Source: a virus. From it: a stretch of 64,000 nucleotides of DNA. Every line of letters starts with the position of its first letter. The stretch's first letter is position 1. Below the pieces are notes generated by a model. That model was not told where the DNA came from, searched no databases, and saw only the letters and a program-made list of their open reading frames with translations. The stretch lies in IMG/VR virus record IMGVR_UViG_3300042892_004373, positions 1 to 64,000 of that record; one strand, written 5' to 3'. This document shows, one piece after another, positions 9,460 through 20,022 of this stretch. A program made the translations under genes and the position numbers.

Positions 9460-10095
9460 TTATTTTGTTGTTAAAATTAATCTGTCGATTCCAAGTGCAA
9501 AACCAACCCCACCTTCATAAGAACCACCACCACAAATTTGTTTTTGTGCTCCTAATTCTGGACATGAGATTTCAAATCCTTTACCACCTTTGTAGTAGTC
9601 AAGTCCTCTTGTTGCATCTAAGTTTACTTCATAGTTATCAGTTGCTAATTCAATTAGTTTAGTTGCGATTTCTAACATTTCATCAGTCATATCTTGAGTT
9701 GGGTTGATTACTTCAACTCCGAATTGCGTGAATTGTCTGTATCTACCAGCTTGTGGTTTTTCACCTCTAAAACATTCTCCAATATAGAATAATTTAACAT
9801 TCTTAGTCATTTTAAATGTTTCGTTTGCAAGTTGTTGAACAACTGCTGTGTATTCTGGTGCTAAGCAAATGTCTCTGTTACCTCTATCAGTAAAAGTATA
9901 CATCATGTTGTTATTTTCTTCACCTACTTTACTAGCGAATGTTTCAGTTAGTTGAATAACTGGGATCATCATTTCTTGATAACCATAAGATTCCATAATC
10001 TCGATCATTTGATTTAGTAATCTTCTTTTGTTTCTGGCAGTTTCACCAAAAACTATCCTCGTACCTTTGTACGTTTTACTTGTCTTTATCTCCAT
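9460..10095 (-). CDS. hisS: Minimal histidyl-tRNA synthetase (catalytic core only)
   Basis: Class II motif 2 FRGEKPQAGRYRQFTQFGVE, RGLDYY, GGG.Y, motif 3 GFALGIDRL; stops 5 aa after motif 3. Confidence 0.85.
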   Translation of the reverse strand: MEIKTSKTYKGTRIVFGETARNKRRLLNQMIEIMESYGYQEMMIPVIQLTETFASKVGEENNNMMYTFTDRGNRDICLAPEYTAVVQQLANETFKMTKNVKLFYIGECFRGEKPQAGRYRQFTQFGVEVINPTQDMTDEMLEIATKLIELATDNYEVNLDATRGLDYYKGGKGFEISCPELGAQKQICGGGSYEGGVGFALGIDRLILTTK

Positions 10096-10120
10096 TTTAA
10101 TAATATATTTTTTGTTTAAT

Positions 10121-10240
10121 AAAAAAGCCCAGATCATTATAATCTGGGCTTATGTTTAAATTAGCAATTTTTAAGACATATACTTACGACCCAGATTTCT
10201 CTGTGTGATGATGTAGTTTATATGTTGTTTTCATTTTCAT
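10121..10240 (-). promoter_or_regulatory. Histidine attenuator: leader MKMKTTYKLHHHTEKSGS (10184-10240) plus terminator (10121-10152)
   Basis: CAT CAT CAC run; leader AUCUGGG is complementary to the terminator 5' arm CCCAGAU; TATATTTG box at 10245-10252. Confidence 0.85.
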
Positions 10241-10287
10241 ACTGCAAATATATTACTTTTTATTTTATTATACAAATAAATTTTATT

Positions 10288-10671
10288 TTATTGGACATTT
10301 ATATTTTGTGGTAGTGCTAAGAAACCACCATATAAGTTATACCCTATATAAAAATTAAAGGATATACCACTGGTATTTGGTGTTAAAGTAAATGTGCCAC
10401 CTAATGTGCCACTCCCATCAATATATAGCTGAATAAAACTATTATCTATATTTTCAACAAATTGATTTGCTCTACTAAATGAAGGTGATGTACCATCTAT
10501 CCACCAGTAAAGAAATGTACCTTCTGAAACTCCAGATATACCACTTATAGTAAATGTTATTGTACTACCTTGTGTTGGATTATAGTTACTTGCCACAAAT
10601 GTTGGTTGTGAAGGTGGAGGAGGTGTATTTCCATCTCCTGTAAAACTTGTTCCTATTATTGATTGTATCAT
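10288..10671 (-). CDS. Putative virion structural protein (beta-rich)
   Basis: Gly/Ser/Thr-rich, follows the fibre gene, TAATATATA upstream. Confidence 0.5.
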   Translation of the reverse strand: MIQSIIGTSFTGDGNTPPPPSQPTFVASNYNPTQGSTITFTISGISGVSEGTFLYWWIDGTSPSFSRANQFVENIDNSFIQLYIDGSGTLGGTFTLTPNTSGISFNFYIGYNLYGGFLALPQNINVQ

Positions 10672-10771
10672 ATTTTATTTTTTATTTTTTATTTGCTATT
10701 ATATATTATTTTTAATAAAGAAGCAATTGTTATTAGACAATTGCTTCTTAATTTTATTAGTTTTTCTATTT

Positions 10772-13700
10772 TTAGTCATTATTTCCTAAACCTGCACCAC
10801 TTACCATCCATTTATCTGGTCCAATTTTCAATATTGTTGCCATTGAGTTATTTGGAATATAAAAGTCGTTACTTGTAGTATCAAATCCTGCACCCCATAA
10901 CTCAGTAGTATCACTATCATCAGTTCTAATATATGTCCAGCTATCACCGCTAACTACAGTAATCGCGGATCCTATAGGAAAAGGAACATTTCTATTTATA
11001 GGAATAATAACACTATAATTACTTTCAGTATCTTTATAGATATGTTTTCCAATATCACTTAGTTGTAAGTAATAATCATCATAAAATGGATGATAAACTT
11101 GAGGTATTACACCTGCACTAGAAGTTTGTTTTGTCCCATCTGAAAATACTATACCACTATCTACATCATTTATTCTATCTATATTATTATCTTTATTATA
11201 ATCACTATTACCGAAATAGAAATCTCTTGAATGTGTTATTGAATGTGTTCCAACTAATGGTGTGAATGTATCAAAATAACTTTGTGTTATTGATATTGAT
11301 CTTATTGAGTAATTACCTTCTAAATAGTTTGATACTCCTCCATAATTTACCAGTGAACCATCTGTAGGTAAATTTGCCACAAATGCGTTGTGATACTCAT
11401 TTGACATTACATCTGTATATCCTACTAGTGCTAACTTACTACCATCAAAGCTTATAGCTAATCCATTACTTTCCTCGATTAGGCTATAATCTTCTTTACC
11501 ACCTATAATATTACTCCAAATTAAGACACCGTCTGTGTTAAGTTTGAATAATCTTAATGCATCATCCTCAAAACCAAAACTACTTTCATAATCTGAAGTT
11601 AATACATATATATTATCATTAGAATCAGTTACTACACTACTTGTGTTCTCATCATCAGTTCTTTTTTGCCATAATAATTCACCATCAGTTGTTATCTTAG
11701 AGATTACTGTCTCATTATCATCATCACTATGGTGGGTTGTTACAATGCTATTAGTACCTAATATAGCAACAGACTTTCCTGAACAGTTGTCATCTACTTC
11801 ATTAAGTGCTTTAGTCCATAAGTGATCACCATCAGAATTAAATTTACTAAGAATTGCAATTTGTTCTCCACTTAATGATGATGTTAAACCACCACCATAT
11901 GCGTGACCAATTGCATATATATTGTTATCTGCATCAGTAGTAACAGAACTAAACTTATCACTATCATCATCTGTATTACCACCTAATGTTCTTTCCCAAT
12001 TTTCGGTATATATATAAGCTTCTGCTCCAATTGATTTATAGATTGACCAAGTTCCTGACGCACTAAAGTCAACTGATGTACTTATAGTTAAGTATAAACT
12101 TGAGGTACTACCTGTTCCTGATATACTTGGAATTTGGAAAAGTCCTGCATCATTTGAATTATTGACTAATATACAATCATTTGAACTTGTTCCTCCTAGT
12201 TTATTACCAGGTATGGTAATAATATCATTCAGTACATAACCAGATTGTGATCCAATAATATTTAAAACAGAATAAACTCCTGTAGTTGGATCATTAAATA
12301 CATCAAATGATGCACCTGATCCCTCTGTTGTTGAACCAGTTACTCCTATAAAACTTTGAGTTCCTGATGGTGATAGTCCAGTTGGTCCATTACCTGTAAT
12401 ACTTGCTGCTAATATTCCACCATTTGATGCTGTTGCTGTTTGTATAATAGTTGCATCATTATCTGGGGTAATACCACCTAAGTTTGTACCTGGTACAATT
12501 ATTGGTTTAAGTATATCTAGACTATATCCAGTACCTGGTGTATCTACACCAAGAATTGTATAAATACCGGTAGTATTATCTAATTGTATTGTAAATGATG
12601 CACCCACTCCACCTGGTGTTAGTGAACCTGTTACTCCAAAAAAGGTATTTACGTAAGTTAAATCTTCATCTCCTGTGATACCTGTACCACCAATAGACCA
12701 AGCACCATTATTATTTGGGTTCTCATTATTAATACTACTTGAAGATATAACTAAAGTACTAAATGTGCTACCAGAAAGAACTGATGAAGTTCCAATTACC
12801 CATTCAAAATATTCTGTCTCTTTTTGACCAACAATGATCAATTCATTATTACTATTAAAAGTCATATCATGTAGATAAATATCTCCTTGATTTTCAGATA
12901 TATTTATATCTTTTAATCTAATTACTTTTTTAATTTGAGCACTTTCTGTATCAATTCTTACGATAAGTCCTTCTGCAAAGTTATCCGGATATGTTTCACA
13001 TAAAACTACTAAATCACCATTTATAGGATCAATTTTTATTGATTTTGCTCTCCCATCTTCATTGTTATCATCATTAAAAATTGAAATCGACCATATTACA
13101 TCTCCAGTTTTGTTAAACTTTACTACAATTGGTCTGTTATCATCATGATCTTCACCAACACAATAAGTATTGTTATGAATATCCATTACAACAGATCTAA
13201 ATTCAATGTCATCATTGTAGTTATATAATGGTCCAAATACTGACATCCATCCTAAGGTATCTGTTTCTGGTAGAATTAAATCTTTATTAGATAATTCTAA
13301 TTTTGTATCTCCAAGTGATAATGTATTACCATCTGCAATTAAAACATTTACTTGTTTTGTACCATCACCATCAGCTCCGGTATCACCACTATACCAAATT
13401 TTATCAATATCTGTATTTATTGCAACCATTGCAAAAATACTTTCATTATATAAAGTAATATAACTACTAGATGTTCCAAATGAATTATCTTCAATTATTT
13501 CACCTGCACCATAGTTTATACCGTATGCAGTAAAGAATCTAGTACTTATATCTGTATTATTGTTTCCACCAACACTATATGTTCCTACACCACCTTCTAA
13601 TGGGCCGGTAAGTACATATAGGTCATATTGGGTATCCTGGTTATATTTTATAACTTGTCCTACTGATAGTGTTCCTGATATGATCTCTGTTACAGTAAGA

Positions 13701-15013
13701 ATATTACTATTATAATTATTATCAATGTATTCAATTGATCCTATAAATTCGGTGATACTTTTATCTGTTGTTATGTAATTTGAACCATCATATTGATCAG
13801 ATCCGCCATCTCCTATTGATCGTATTGGCCAAGGATTTGAATTATTTATATATGGACTTGTATAATCTGGTATACCATTTACATTAGTATTCTCTATAAC
13901 TCCATCTCTTATAGATGTTACTAAAATTGAGGCATCATTATTACCACCACTAATAGTATAACCTTCACCTAAATCAACAGTATAGCTATCACCACCATCA
14001 ATTAGTGTTGCACCAGTAACTGAACCAGTTGGGCTTGTTGTTATATAAAAAAATGCCCAATCTCCTGGACCTTGTACATTATAATATCCATCAGTATATC
14101 CAGTACCTGAATGGAAAATTTCAAATGTATCAATATGGCCATTATCAACACTTAATACCTCTATCTCAGCATCATTAGCAGGACTAAACCCACCTAAAGC
14201 AGTACCTGAAATGTTAATTAGATCACCACTTTGAAAACCATATGTGAAGTTAGTATTTGTAAAATCGGGAGAAGGTCCACCTGGTCCTCCTTCTCCTGGT
14301 CCAAAATCATATTCTTTATAATCACCTTCACGTTTACGCATACTGAATGTTCCACTTCCGGTTCCGGTAGTAGTATATGAATCTACAGCATATGTTATTT
14401 GAGTATCTAAAAATGAGAAATTATTATATAATGATCCTGTTGGTAAAGAAGATGTTAGCGTTTCTATGTTATCATAAAATAAATCTCTTATTATTGTAAG
14501 ATCTGAGTTAAGAGTACCTTCAGAATATAATATAATATCAACAAACTTTTCTACAAAGGTTCTAATATCTTTAAGTTTTAAAGGCCTTTTAGAATCGGCA
14601 CCATAAACATTAAGTACAACTACAGTATCACTACCACTAAGTCCAGTTACATAGAAATCATCATTCTCTGTATCATTAGTTCTATTTTGATAGGATGTGT
14701 TTGAATTTTTACTTATAATGATTTGTGTTATTGTAGGATCTGCACCGAATAATCTATTTATTCCAGCATAAAATCCTCTATATCCAGATGCTGCCACACC
14801 TGAAGTTCCAGATGTTCCGTTTATACCGGATGTACCAGAAGAACCGGATGTACCAGAAGAACCGGACGTACCAGATGTACCAGAAGTTTCAGATCCGGTT
14901 CCACCATTGTTAGTAAGTGCTAATTCTTCTAAGTATAAGAAGTTATTATCCATTTCTGAAATGGTTAATCTACTATTTTTTTCACTTCTTAAAGTTAATG
15001 AGTAAGTTGACAT
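10772..15013 (-). CDS. Large tail fibre/structural protein with GTSGSS repeats and beta-propeller-like segments
   Basis: 1413 aa, G/T/S/D-rich, KF...G...W propeller-like repeats, N-terminus shared with 50370-51896. Confidence 0.65.
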   Translation of the reverse strand: MSTYSLTLRSEKNSRLTISEMDNNFLYLEELALTNNGGTGSETSGTSGTSGSSGTSGSSGTSGINGTSGTSGVAASGYRGFYAGINRLFGADPTITQIIISKNSNTSYQNRTNDTENDDFYVTGLSGSDTVVVLNVYGADSKRPLKLKDIRTFVEKFVDIILYSEGTLNSDLTIIRDLFYDNIETLTSSLPTGSLYNNFSFLDTQITYAVDSYTTTGTGSGTFSMRKREGDYKEYDFGPGEGGPGGPSPDFTNTNFTYGFQSGDLINISGTALGGFSPANDAEIEVLSVDNGHIDTFEIFHSGTGYTDGYYNVQGPGDWAFFYITTSPTGSVTGATLIDGGDSYTVDLGEGYTISGGNNDASILVTSIRDGVIENTNVNGIPDYTSPYINNSNPWPIRSIGDGGSDQYDGSNYITTDKSITEFIGSIEYIDNNYNSNILTVTEIISGTLSVGQVIKYNQDTQYDLYVLTGPLEGGVGTYSVGGNNNTDISTRFFTAYGINYGAGEIIEDNSFGTSSSYITLYNESIFAMVAINTDIDKIWYSGDTGADGDGTKQVNVLIADGNTLSLGDTKLELSNKDLILPETDTLGWMSVFGPLYNYNDDIEFRSVVMDIHNNTYCVGEDHDDNRPIVVKFNKTGDVIWSISIFNDDNNEDGRAKSIKIDPINGDLVVLCETYPDNFAEGLIVRIDTESAQIKKVIRLKDINISENQGDIYLHDMTFNSNNELIIVGQKETEYFEWVIGTSSVLSGSTFSTLVISSSSINNENPNNNGAWSIGGTGITGDEDLTYVNTFFGVTGSLTPGGVGASFTIQLDNTTGIYTILGVDTPGTGYSLDILKPIIVPGTNLGGITPDNDATIIQTATASNGGILAASITGNGPTGLSPSGTQSFIGVTGSTTEGSGASFDVFNDPTTGVYSVLNIIGSQSGYVLNDIITIPGNKLGGTSSNDCILVNNSNDAGLFQIPSISGTGSTSSLYLTISTSVDFSASGTWSIYKSIGAEAYIYTENWERTLGGNTDDDSDKFSSVTTDADNNIYAIGHAYGGGLTSSLSGEQIAILSKFNSDGDHLWTKALNEVDDNCSGKSVAILGTNSIVTTHHSDDDNETVISKITTDGELLWQKRTDDENTSSVVTDSNDNIYVLTSDYESSFGFEDDALRLFKLNTDGVLIWSNIIGGKEDYSLIEESNGLAISFDGSKLALVGYTDVMSNEYHNAFVANLPTDGSLVNYGGVSNYLEGNYSIRSISITQSYFDTFTPLVGTHSITHSRDFYFGNSDYNKDNNIDRINDVDSGIVFSDGTKQTSSAGVIPQVYHPFYDDYYLQLSDIGKHIYKDTESNYSVIIPINRNVPFPIGSAITVVSGDSWTYIRTDDSDTTELWGAGFDTTSNDFYIPNNSMATILKIGPDKWMVSGAGLGNND

Positions 15014-15119
15014 ATTTTTTTAAATGATTTTTTATATGGTATATATTATTTAAAAAATATCAAATTTTACCGAATCTTGATTTAAAATATAAAAAAAGAG
15101 AGAGCAAATGCTCTCTCTT

Positions 15120-16391
15120 TTATCTTAATATTGTTTGTGTTCGGTCAGGACCAACTGATACTATTTTAATTGGTGTTTCTAACTCTTTTTCGATGAACTC
15201 TATATATTCTTTTAATTCACCTGGTAAACTATCAAAATCTTTTACCTTAGTTATATCTTCCGACCAACCATCAAACCCTATGTAAATAGGTTCTAGGTTC
15301 TCTGGTTCAATATTATAAGGAAAGTGAGTGATTATCTCACCTTTATATTTATAACCTGTACAAACCATTATTTTATCAAATCCAGATAACACATCACCTT
15401 TCATCATCATAAGTTCAGTAACTCCATTGATTTGACAAGTATATTTAAGTGCAACTAAATCTAACCAACCACATCTTCTAGCTCTACCAGTAACAGAACC
15501 AAATTCGTTACCAATCTTGGCCATTTTTTCACCTACTTCATCAAATAATTCTGTTGGGAATGGTCCACTTCCAACTCTTGTTGTATAAGCTTTGAAAATA
15601 CCATAAACATCTTTGATTCGATTAGGTGCAATTCCTAATCCAGTACAAGCTCCTGCTGCCGTTGTATTAGAAGAGGTAACAAATGGATAAGTACCAAAGT
15701 CAACATCTAATAAAGAACCTTGTGCACCTTCGCATAGAATAGATTTTCCATCTCTTTGAGCTTGATGTAAATACTCTTCACTATCGATAAAAGTAAATTG
15801 TTTTAGATAAGCAAGTGCATCTAAAAATTCTTCTTCCATATCTTCATAGTTAGTATTAAATTGTTTAGTAACACCCCACTCAATTAGTTCTTCGTGTTTC
15901 TCAAAAAGTTTGCAAAATCTTTTGTGAAAGTCTGGTAATTCTAAATCACCAACTCTGATTCCATTTCTACCTGTTTTATCCATATAAGTCGGTCCAATTC
16001 CTTTAAGAGTTGATCCAATTTTATCTTTACCTTTGGCTACTTCAGAAGTTGCATCTAAAAGTTTGTGAGTAGGTAGAATTAAGTGAGCTTTTCTTGATAT
16101 AAGCAATCTTTTTTTGACATCCATATCAAACTTAGCTAAAGCTTCTACTTCTTGTCTAAATACAACCGGATCAAGTACAACACCATTACCAATTATATTT
16201 ACTGTGTCTTTATGAAAGATACCAGAAGGTATAGTTCGTAGTACGTGTTTGATACCGTCAAACTCCAATGTATGTCCTGCATTTGGACCTCCTTGAAACC
16301 TTGCAACAATATCATATTTTGCGGTTAAAACGTCAACGATTTTACCTTTTCCTTCGTCTCCCCATTGAAGACCTAATAATAAATCTGCCAT
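15120..16391 (-). CDS. purA: Adenylosuccinate synthetase
   Basis: QWGDEGKGK, GGPNAGHT, EGAQG, GTYPFVTSS, TGRARRCGWLD. Confidence 0.97.
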   Translation of the reverse strand: MADLLLGLQWGDEGKGKIVDVLTAKYDIVARFQGGPNAGHTLEFDGIKHVLRTIPSGIFHKDTVNIIGNGVVLDPVVFRQEVEALAKFDMDVKKRLLISRKAHLILPTHKLLDATSEVAKGKDKIGSTLKGIGPTYMDKTGRNGIRVGDLELPDFHKRFCKLFEKHEELIEWGVTKQFNTNYEDMEEEFLDALAYLKQFTFIDSEEYLHQAQRDGKSILCEGAQGSLLDVDFGTYPFVTSSNTTAAGACTGLGIAPNRIKDVYGIFKAYTTRVGSGPFPTELFDEVGEKMAKIGNEFGSVTGRARRCGWLDLVALKYTCQINGVTELMMMKGDVLSGFDKIMVCTGYKYKGEIITHFPYNIEPENLEPIYIGFDGWSEDITKVKDFDSLPGELKEYIEFIEKELETPIKIVSVGPDRTQTILR

Positions 16392-16625
16392 TTATTCTTC
16401 TATTTTTATAAATCTTGGTTCAATCCCACCTCTTTTATTCTCAACTGTTTCACACCAAATTGAAAGTGGTCTTGCATAAGTTGATCCAAATGATAATGAT
16501 TGATAAATTACTAAAGGTTCTTTAGTTTCTGTATGATTTGCTAGAGTGATGATTTTATATCTACCACCTTTGTAGTGTTGCCAAGTTTCCCCTGGCATAA
16601 TTCCATAGTTTAATTCTTGTTCCAT
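16392..16625 (-). CDS. DUF1653-family protein
   Basis: HYKGG.Y, HTET.E.LV.Y, ARP. Confidence 0.8.
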   Translation of the reverse strand: MEQELNYGIMPGETWQHYKGGRYKIITLANHTETKEPLVIYQSLSFGSTYARPLSIWCETVENKRGGIEPRFIKIEE

Positions 16626-16626
16626 T

Positions 16627-17010
16627 TTAGTTTGTAAATTGTATCATGTCACCATTTTCAAATATTATTCTGGTTCCATATGAGTTATCGTAAAAAATTT
16701 GTAAGTAAACTGTTAAAGATGATCCTTGTTCTCTGAATGTTGCAGATTGGTATTTCATACCTCCTTGAGTTTCTCCTTCTACTAGATCTGTTTGTTGATC
16801 GAAAAATCTTATAGTTCCATCATTCATAACTATTTTAAAGGTTGATGAATTTTGATAGTTGAAAATAATTTTATTTTCTGCTGATTCCCATTGAGGTGCT
16901 TTATCTTTTCTAATAACACAAATTTTAGAATAGTTTCTAGTAAATTGTGATTGTGCAGATGTTAGTGTTACAGTGAATAGTAACAACATTGTAAGTAATA
17001 GTTTTTTCAT
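16627..17010 (-). CDS. Secreted hypothetical protein
   Basis: Signal peptide ending TSA-Q, typical of Bacteroidota. Confidence 0.65.
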   Translation of the reverse strand: MKKLLLTMLLLFTVTLTSAQSQFTRNYSKICVIRKDKAPQWESAENKIIFNYQNSSTFKIVMNDGTIRFFDQQTDLVEGETQGGMKYQSATFREQGSSLTVYLQIFYDNSYGTRIIFENGDMIQFTN

Positions 17011-17028
17011 TGAATATATATTTTTAAA

Positions 17029-17286
17029 TTATACTAATTGTTGTAACATATGTTGTCTTCTATATTGAATAAATATTTTTTTACATTGTTCTATTACTAA
17101 GTCACCTTCACTATCGGTATAATGTAAACTACTTAGTTCTAATTCATAAGATGAATGTCCCGAATCTATAATTAGAATAGGACCGGTTGTTAAATCTGAT
17201 TTGTAATGATAGTCTAAGTAAACTATATTACTTGGATAAAGTAGTTTAACTTCATCTAAGAATTTATTTATTAGTTTATGTTCCAT
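17029..17286 (-). CDS. Hypothetical protein
   Basis: 85-aa ORF. Confidence 0.55.
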   Translation of the reverse strand: MEHKLINKFLDEVKLLYPSNIVYLDYHYKSDLTTGPILIIDSGHSSYELELSSLHYTDSEGDLVIEQCKKIFIQYRRQHMLQQLV

Positions 17287-17351
17287 ATGTATATAATATA
17301 AAAAAGTCGAAACTAAGTTTCGACTTTTTTAATTTATTCTAAAATTATTTA

Positions 17352-17882
17352 TTAGAATTTGTAAAGTACACCAAATTTAGATGCATTTAAAGGGTTATCA
17401 ACTCCATCAAATCCTACATTAAATGATCCTGTCTCAAAGTTATAACCAGCTAAGTTAGCTAAATTAGCAGAAATTGCCAAGTTTTTAGTAACAAAGTAGT
17501 TAACACCTAAACCTAAATTAGCATTGAAGTTTTGTCTTGCAATAAACTCATCTGTTGATGCATCTAAAACTAAAGCATTAGTATTCAAGTTTAATCCAGA
17601 GAAAACTTTGAAGTCTTTTCCAACATTTAGGAAATAACATCTAGCAAATACACCAGCTCCTAATTTATCAGTGGCACTAGTTTTTTCAACTTGTGCTCCA
17701 ACTGCAAACTTATCAGTTAAAAAATAACCAACTGTTGGTGCAACACCATAAGTTGCATCTTGTCCTTTTTCTTTCGCATAAGAGAATGTACCTTCTACAA
17801 AAACATCAGATTTTTTAAATCCTGTTTGAGCAGTTGCAGTTAGTCCTAACATTGCTACTAAAATTAATAAAATTTTTTTCAT
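17352..17882 (-). CDS. Outer-membrane beta-barrel protein (Bacteroidota type)
   Basis: Signal peptide, amphipathic strands, C-terminal GVLYKF. Confidence 0.8.
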   Translation of the reverse strand: MKKILLILVAMLGLTATAQTGFKKSDVFVEGTFSYAKEKGQDATYGVAPTVGYFLTDKFAVGAQVEKTSATDKLGAGVFARCYFLNVGKDFKVFSGLNLNTNALVLDASTDEFIARQNFNANLGLGVNYFVTKNLAISANLANLAGYNFETGSFNVGFDGVDNPLNASKFGVLYKF

Positions 17883-17954
17883 TTTTAATTTATTTTTTTT
17901 TAATGTGTGGAAAATTCCAGACACTTCTATTTATATAGAAAAGTTTAAAAAAGT

Positions 17955-18956
17955 TTAGTTTATTGCCAATCTTTTTGTTGATGTTTTACCATCTTCTGTA
18001 ATTTTTACAATATACATACCTGTTACTAAACTACTTACGTCTAATTGACTTTGTGTATTTTCTACTAAAACTTTTTTACCAACCATGTCATAAATCTCTA
18101 TATTTTTTGTAGAATCTAGATCAGTTGTAATATTTAAAATGTTTTTTGTTGGGTTTGGATAAACTTGTAATCCAGAGATTTGATTTTGATTAGTAGATAA
18201 AGATCCTGTTGGAGTAACTGATAAAAATGTATTTGATACACGTATTTCATCAATTTCAACATTACCAGATCCCGCTGTTGCAGTACCACCTTGTCTAATT
18301 ACAAAACCTGTAATCGTTGTGGGTGCCGCAGTAGTTCCTGTAGAATTTGTTACTGTTGCAGTTGGTTCGGTATTACCAGGTACTGGATTTACAAATAAAC
18401 TAGCAGTATTGGTTGATAATTCATACTTTACAACTAATAGGTGTGTACTGCCTACTAATAGATCACTTGTAAATGTTGGTGTTGCTGTACCACCACTATT
18501 ATTTAGTATTCCAACTTGAAAACCTGATGTGGCACCCTGTCTTGTATAAATTCTTCCTTGAAATGCGGTTGTTGTTGCACTTGCAACAGACGTTAATGAT
18601 AAACCGTAGCTTCCAGTTGTTGAAGTATTTGGATCTAATTGTGTTGCATCTAATACTTTAATTAGTACTGAGTAGTAGACAACTCCTGATAATGGTGTTG
18701 TTAGTGGAAAGTTCACATCTTCTGTATTACCTGCAATCATAGAGGTTCTATTACCTGTTGATGTTGCCAAACCAGGATAAGATAAACTGCTACCATTATC
18801 GCTAGATGAGGTAATTATTGATAATTGTCCGGGGGTTCCACTGTGTGTAGTCCAACCATTTGAGGTTAGTGTACCTGTTCCATTAAAAGGAATGTAGGTT
18901 TGACCGAAAGAAATAGTTGTCATAAGTAAGACAACTAAAGTTAAAAGTTTTTTCAT
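17955..18956 (-). CDS. Secreted protein with T9SS type-A sorting domain
   Basis: Signal peptide; C-terminal VYPNP, IYDMVGK, GMYIVKI, KRLAIN. Confidence 0.85.
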   Translation of the reverse strand: MKKLLTLVVLLMTTISFGQTYIPFNGTGTLTSNGWTTHSGTPGQLSIITSSSDNGSSLSYPGLATSTGNRTSMIAGNTEDVNFPLTTPLSGVVYYSVLIKVLDATQLDPNTSTTGSYGLSLTSVASATTTAFQGRIYTRQGATSGFQVGILNNSGGTATPTFTSDLLVGSTHLLVVKYELSTNTASLFVNPVPGNTEPTATVTNSTGTTAAPTTITGFVIRQGGTATAGSGNVEIDEIRVSNTFLSVTPTGSLSTNQNQISGLQVYPNPTKNILNITTDLDSTKNIEIYDMVGKKVLVENTQSQLDVSSLVTGMYIVKITEDGKTSTKRLAIN

Positions 18957-19027
18957 GTTTTTATAAGTTTTTATTTTTCTTTCTTTATACAATTTAGATA
19001 TTAAAAGTTTAAAAAATTTATAAAATA

Positions 19028-19062
19028 AAAAAGCCCCTAACTACTCAAAGTTAAGGGTTTTA
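19028..19062 (-). terminator. Probable terminator of the large ncRNA
   Basis: Imperfect hairpin followed by a U-run on the minus strand. Confidence 0.55.
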
Positions 19063-19085
19063 TTTCACGTGTATTGTTTGTTTAA

Positions 19086-19925
19086 ATAAGGGGCTGAGAT
19101 TATGCCATCTTGTAAGAATCTTTTGAAGAATTATTGTTTCTCTTCGTATCCACAATCTTTTGGATTGTAATTCTCATTGAGGATTAGTTAGACTAATCAC
19201 TTCTTGAGGCTTCAACTACTCTCTTATTACTCAACTCTCTTCAAACTTGCGGTCTGATTAAGGGTTCGACCCCTTAGAGGTTTTTGGCAAGAATACGTCT
19301 CAACTTGCGATCTTGACGTGCACTGGACAACCCAGTACTATGTACTCAACTTTCGTTGAAGCCTGACAGACACTTTTGCTTTTTATGTTTAAATTTTACT
19401 TCAAATGTAAATTGCTTTTGTGTTCGTGGATGTGTCGAAGAAGTGGTCTGCCGTAAGCTTCGTTATCTTTTGAACAACGAAATACTAAACTCCTTCGTGA
19501 AGCCTCCCAGCCTCCATATTTTAAGACAACTTCAAACTAACGCCTTGGTAGACATTTAGTAGGGATAGTAGCAGCACCACCTGTTCTCTACCATTACCTT
19601 TCGGTTTTAAGTTACCTTTTATATTGGAAGTCGCAATCATATAGTTGGAGCCATATTTCTTGCAAAAATCCTATGAGTTATTCTTATTGGTGTTCCCACC
19701 TCAACCGGACAATCCACATTGCCACGATTACTCAACCACTTTTTCTACAGTGTTACCCTCGATACTGAAGGTTGAGTAATATCTCACTTGTGTACTCGAG
19801 CTCTTACGAGCCGCAGAACCATTTAACGTTGATTCCACTTTAGCCTACTTTCGTAGTTTATTTAACGACGATACACCGCCGATTATCATTTTACTAGCCA
19901 CCGAAGTGATTAGTTGGATAATACA
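19086..19925 (-). ncRNA. Large structured ncRNA, GOLLD-like (boundaries approximate)
   Basis: ~840-nt GC-elevated region with no credible ORF, many GNRA/UUCG hairpins, own TATCTTTG box (19967-19974), next to a tRNA cluster. Confidence 0.65.
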
Positions 19926-20022
19926 ATATTTTCAAAGAACGTATTCATTTTGTTTTTATTATAGAGCAAAGATAATAAAAGTTGTTTAAACTACCAAAAT
20001 TATTTTACTTTATTTTTAAAAA

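Noticed and set aside
9460-10095. HisZ as the identity of the short HisRS
   Set aside because: It keeps RGLDYY, GGG.Y and a complete motif 2, is shorter than HisZ and has no adjacent hisG; not fully excluded without a phylogeny
19356-19559. 67-aa Cys-rich ORF
   Set aside because: Lies antisense within the large structured RNA and has atypical composition
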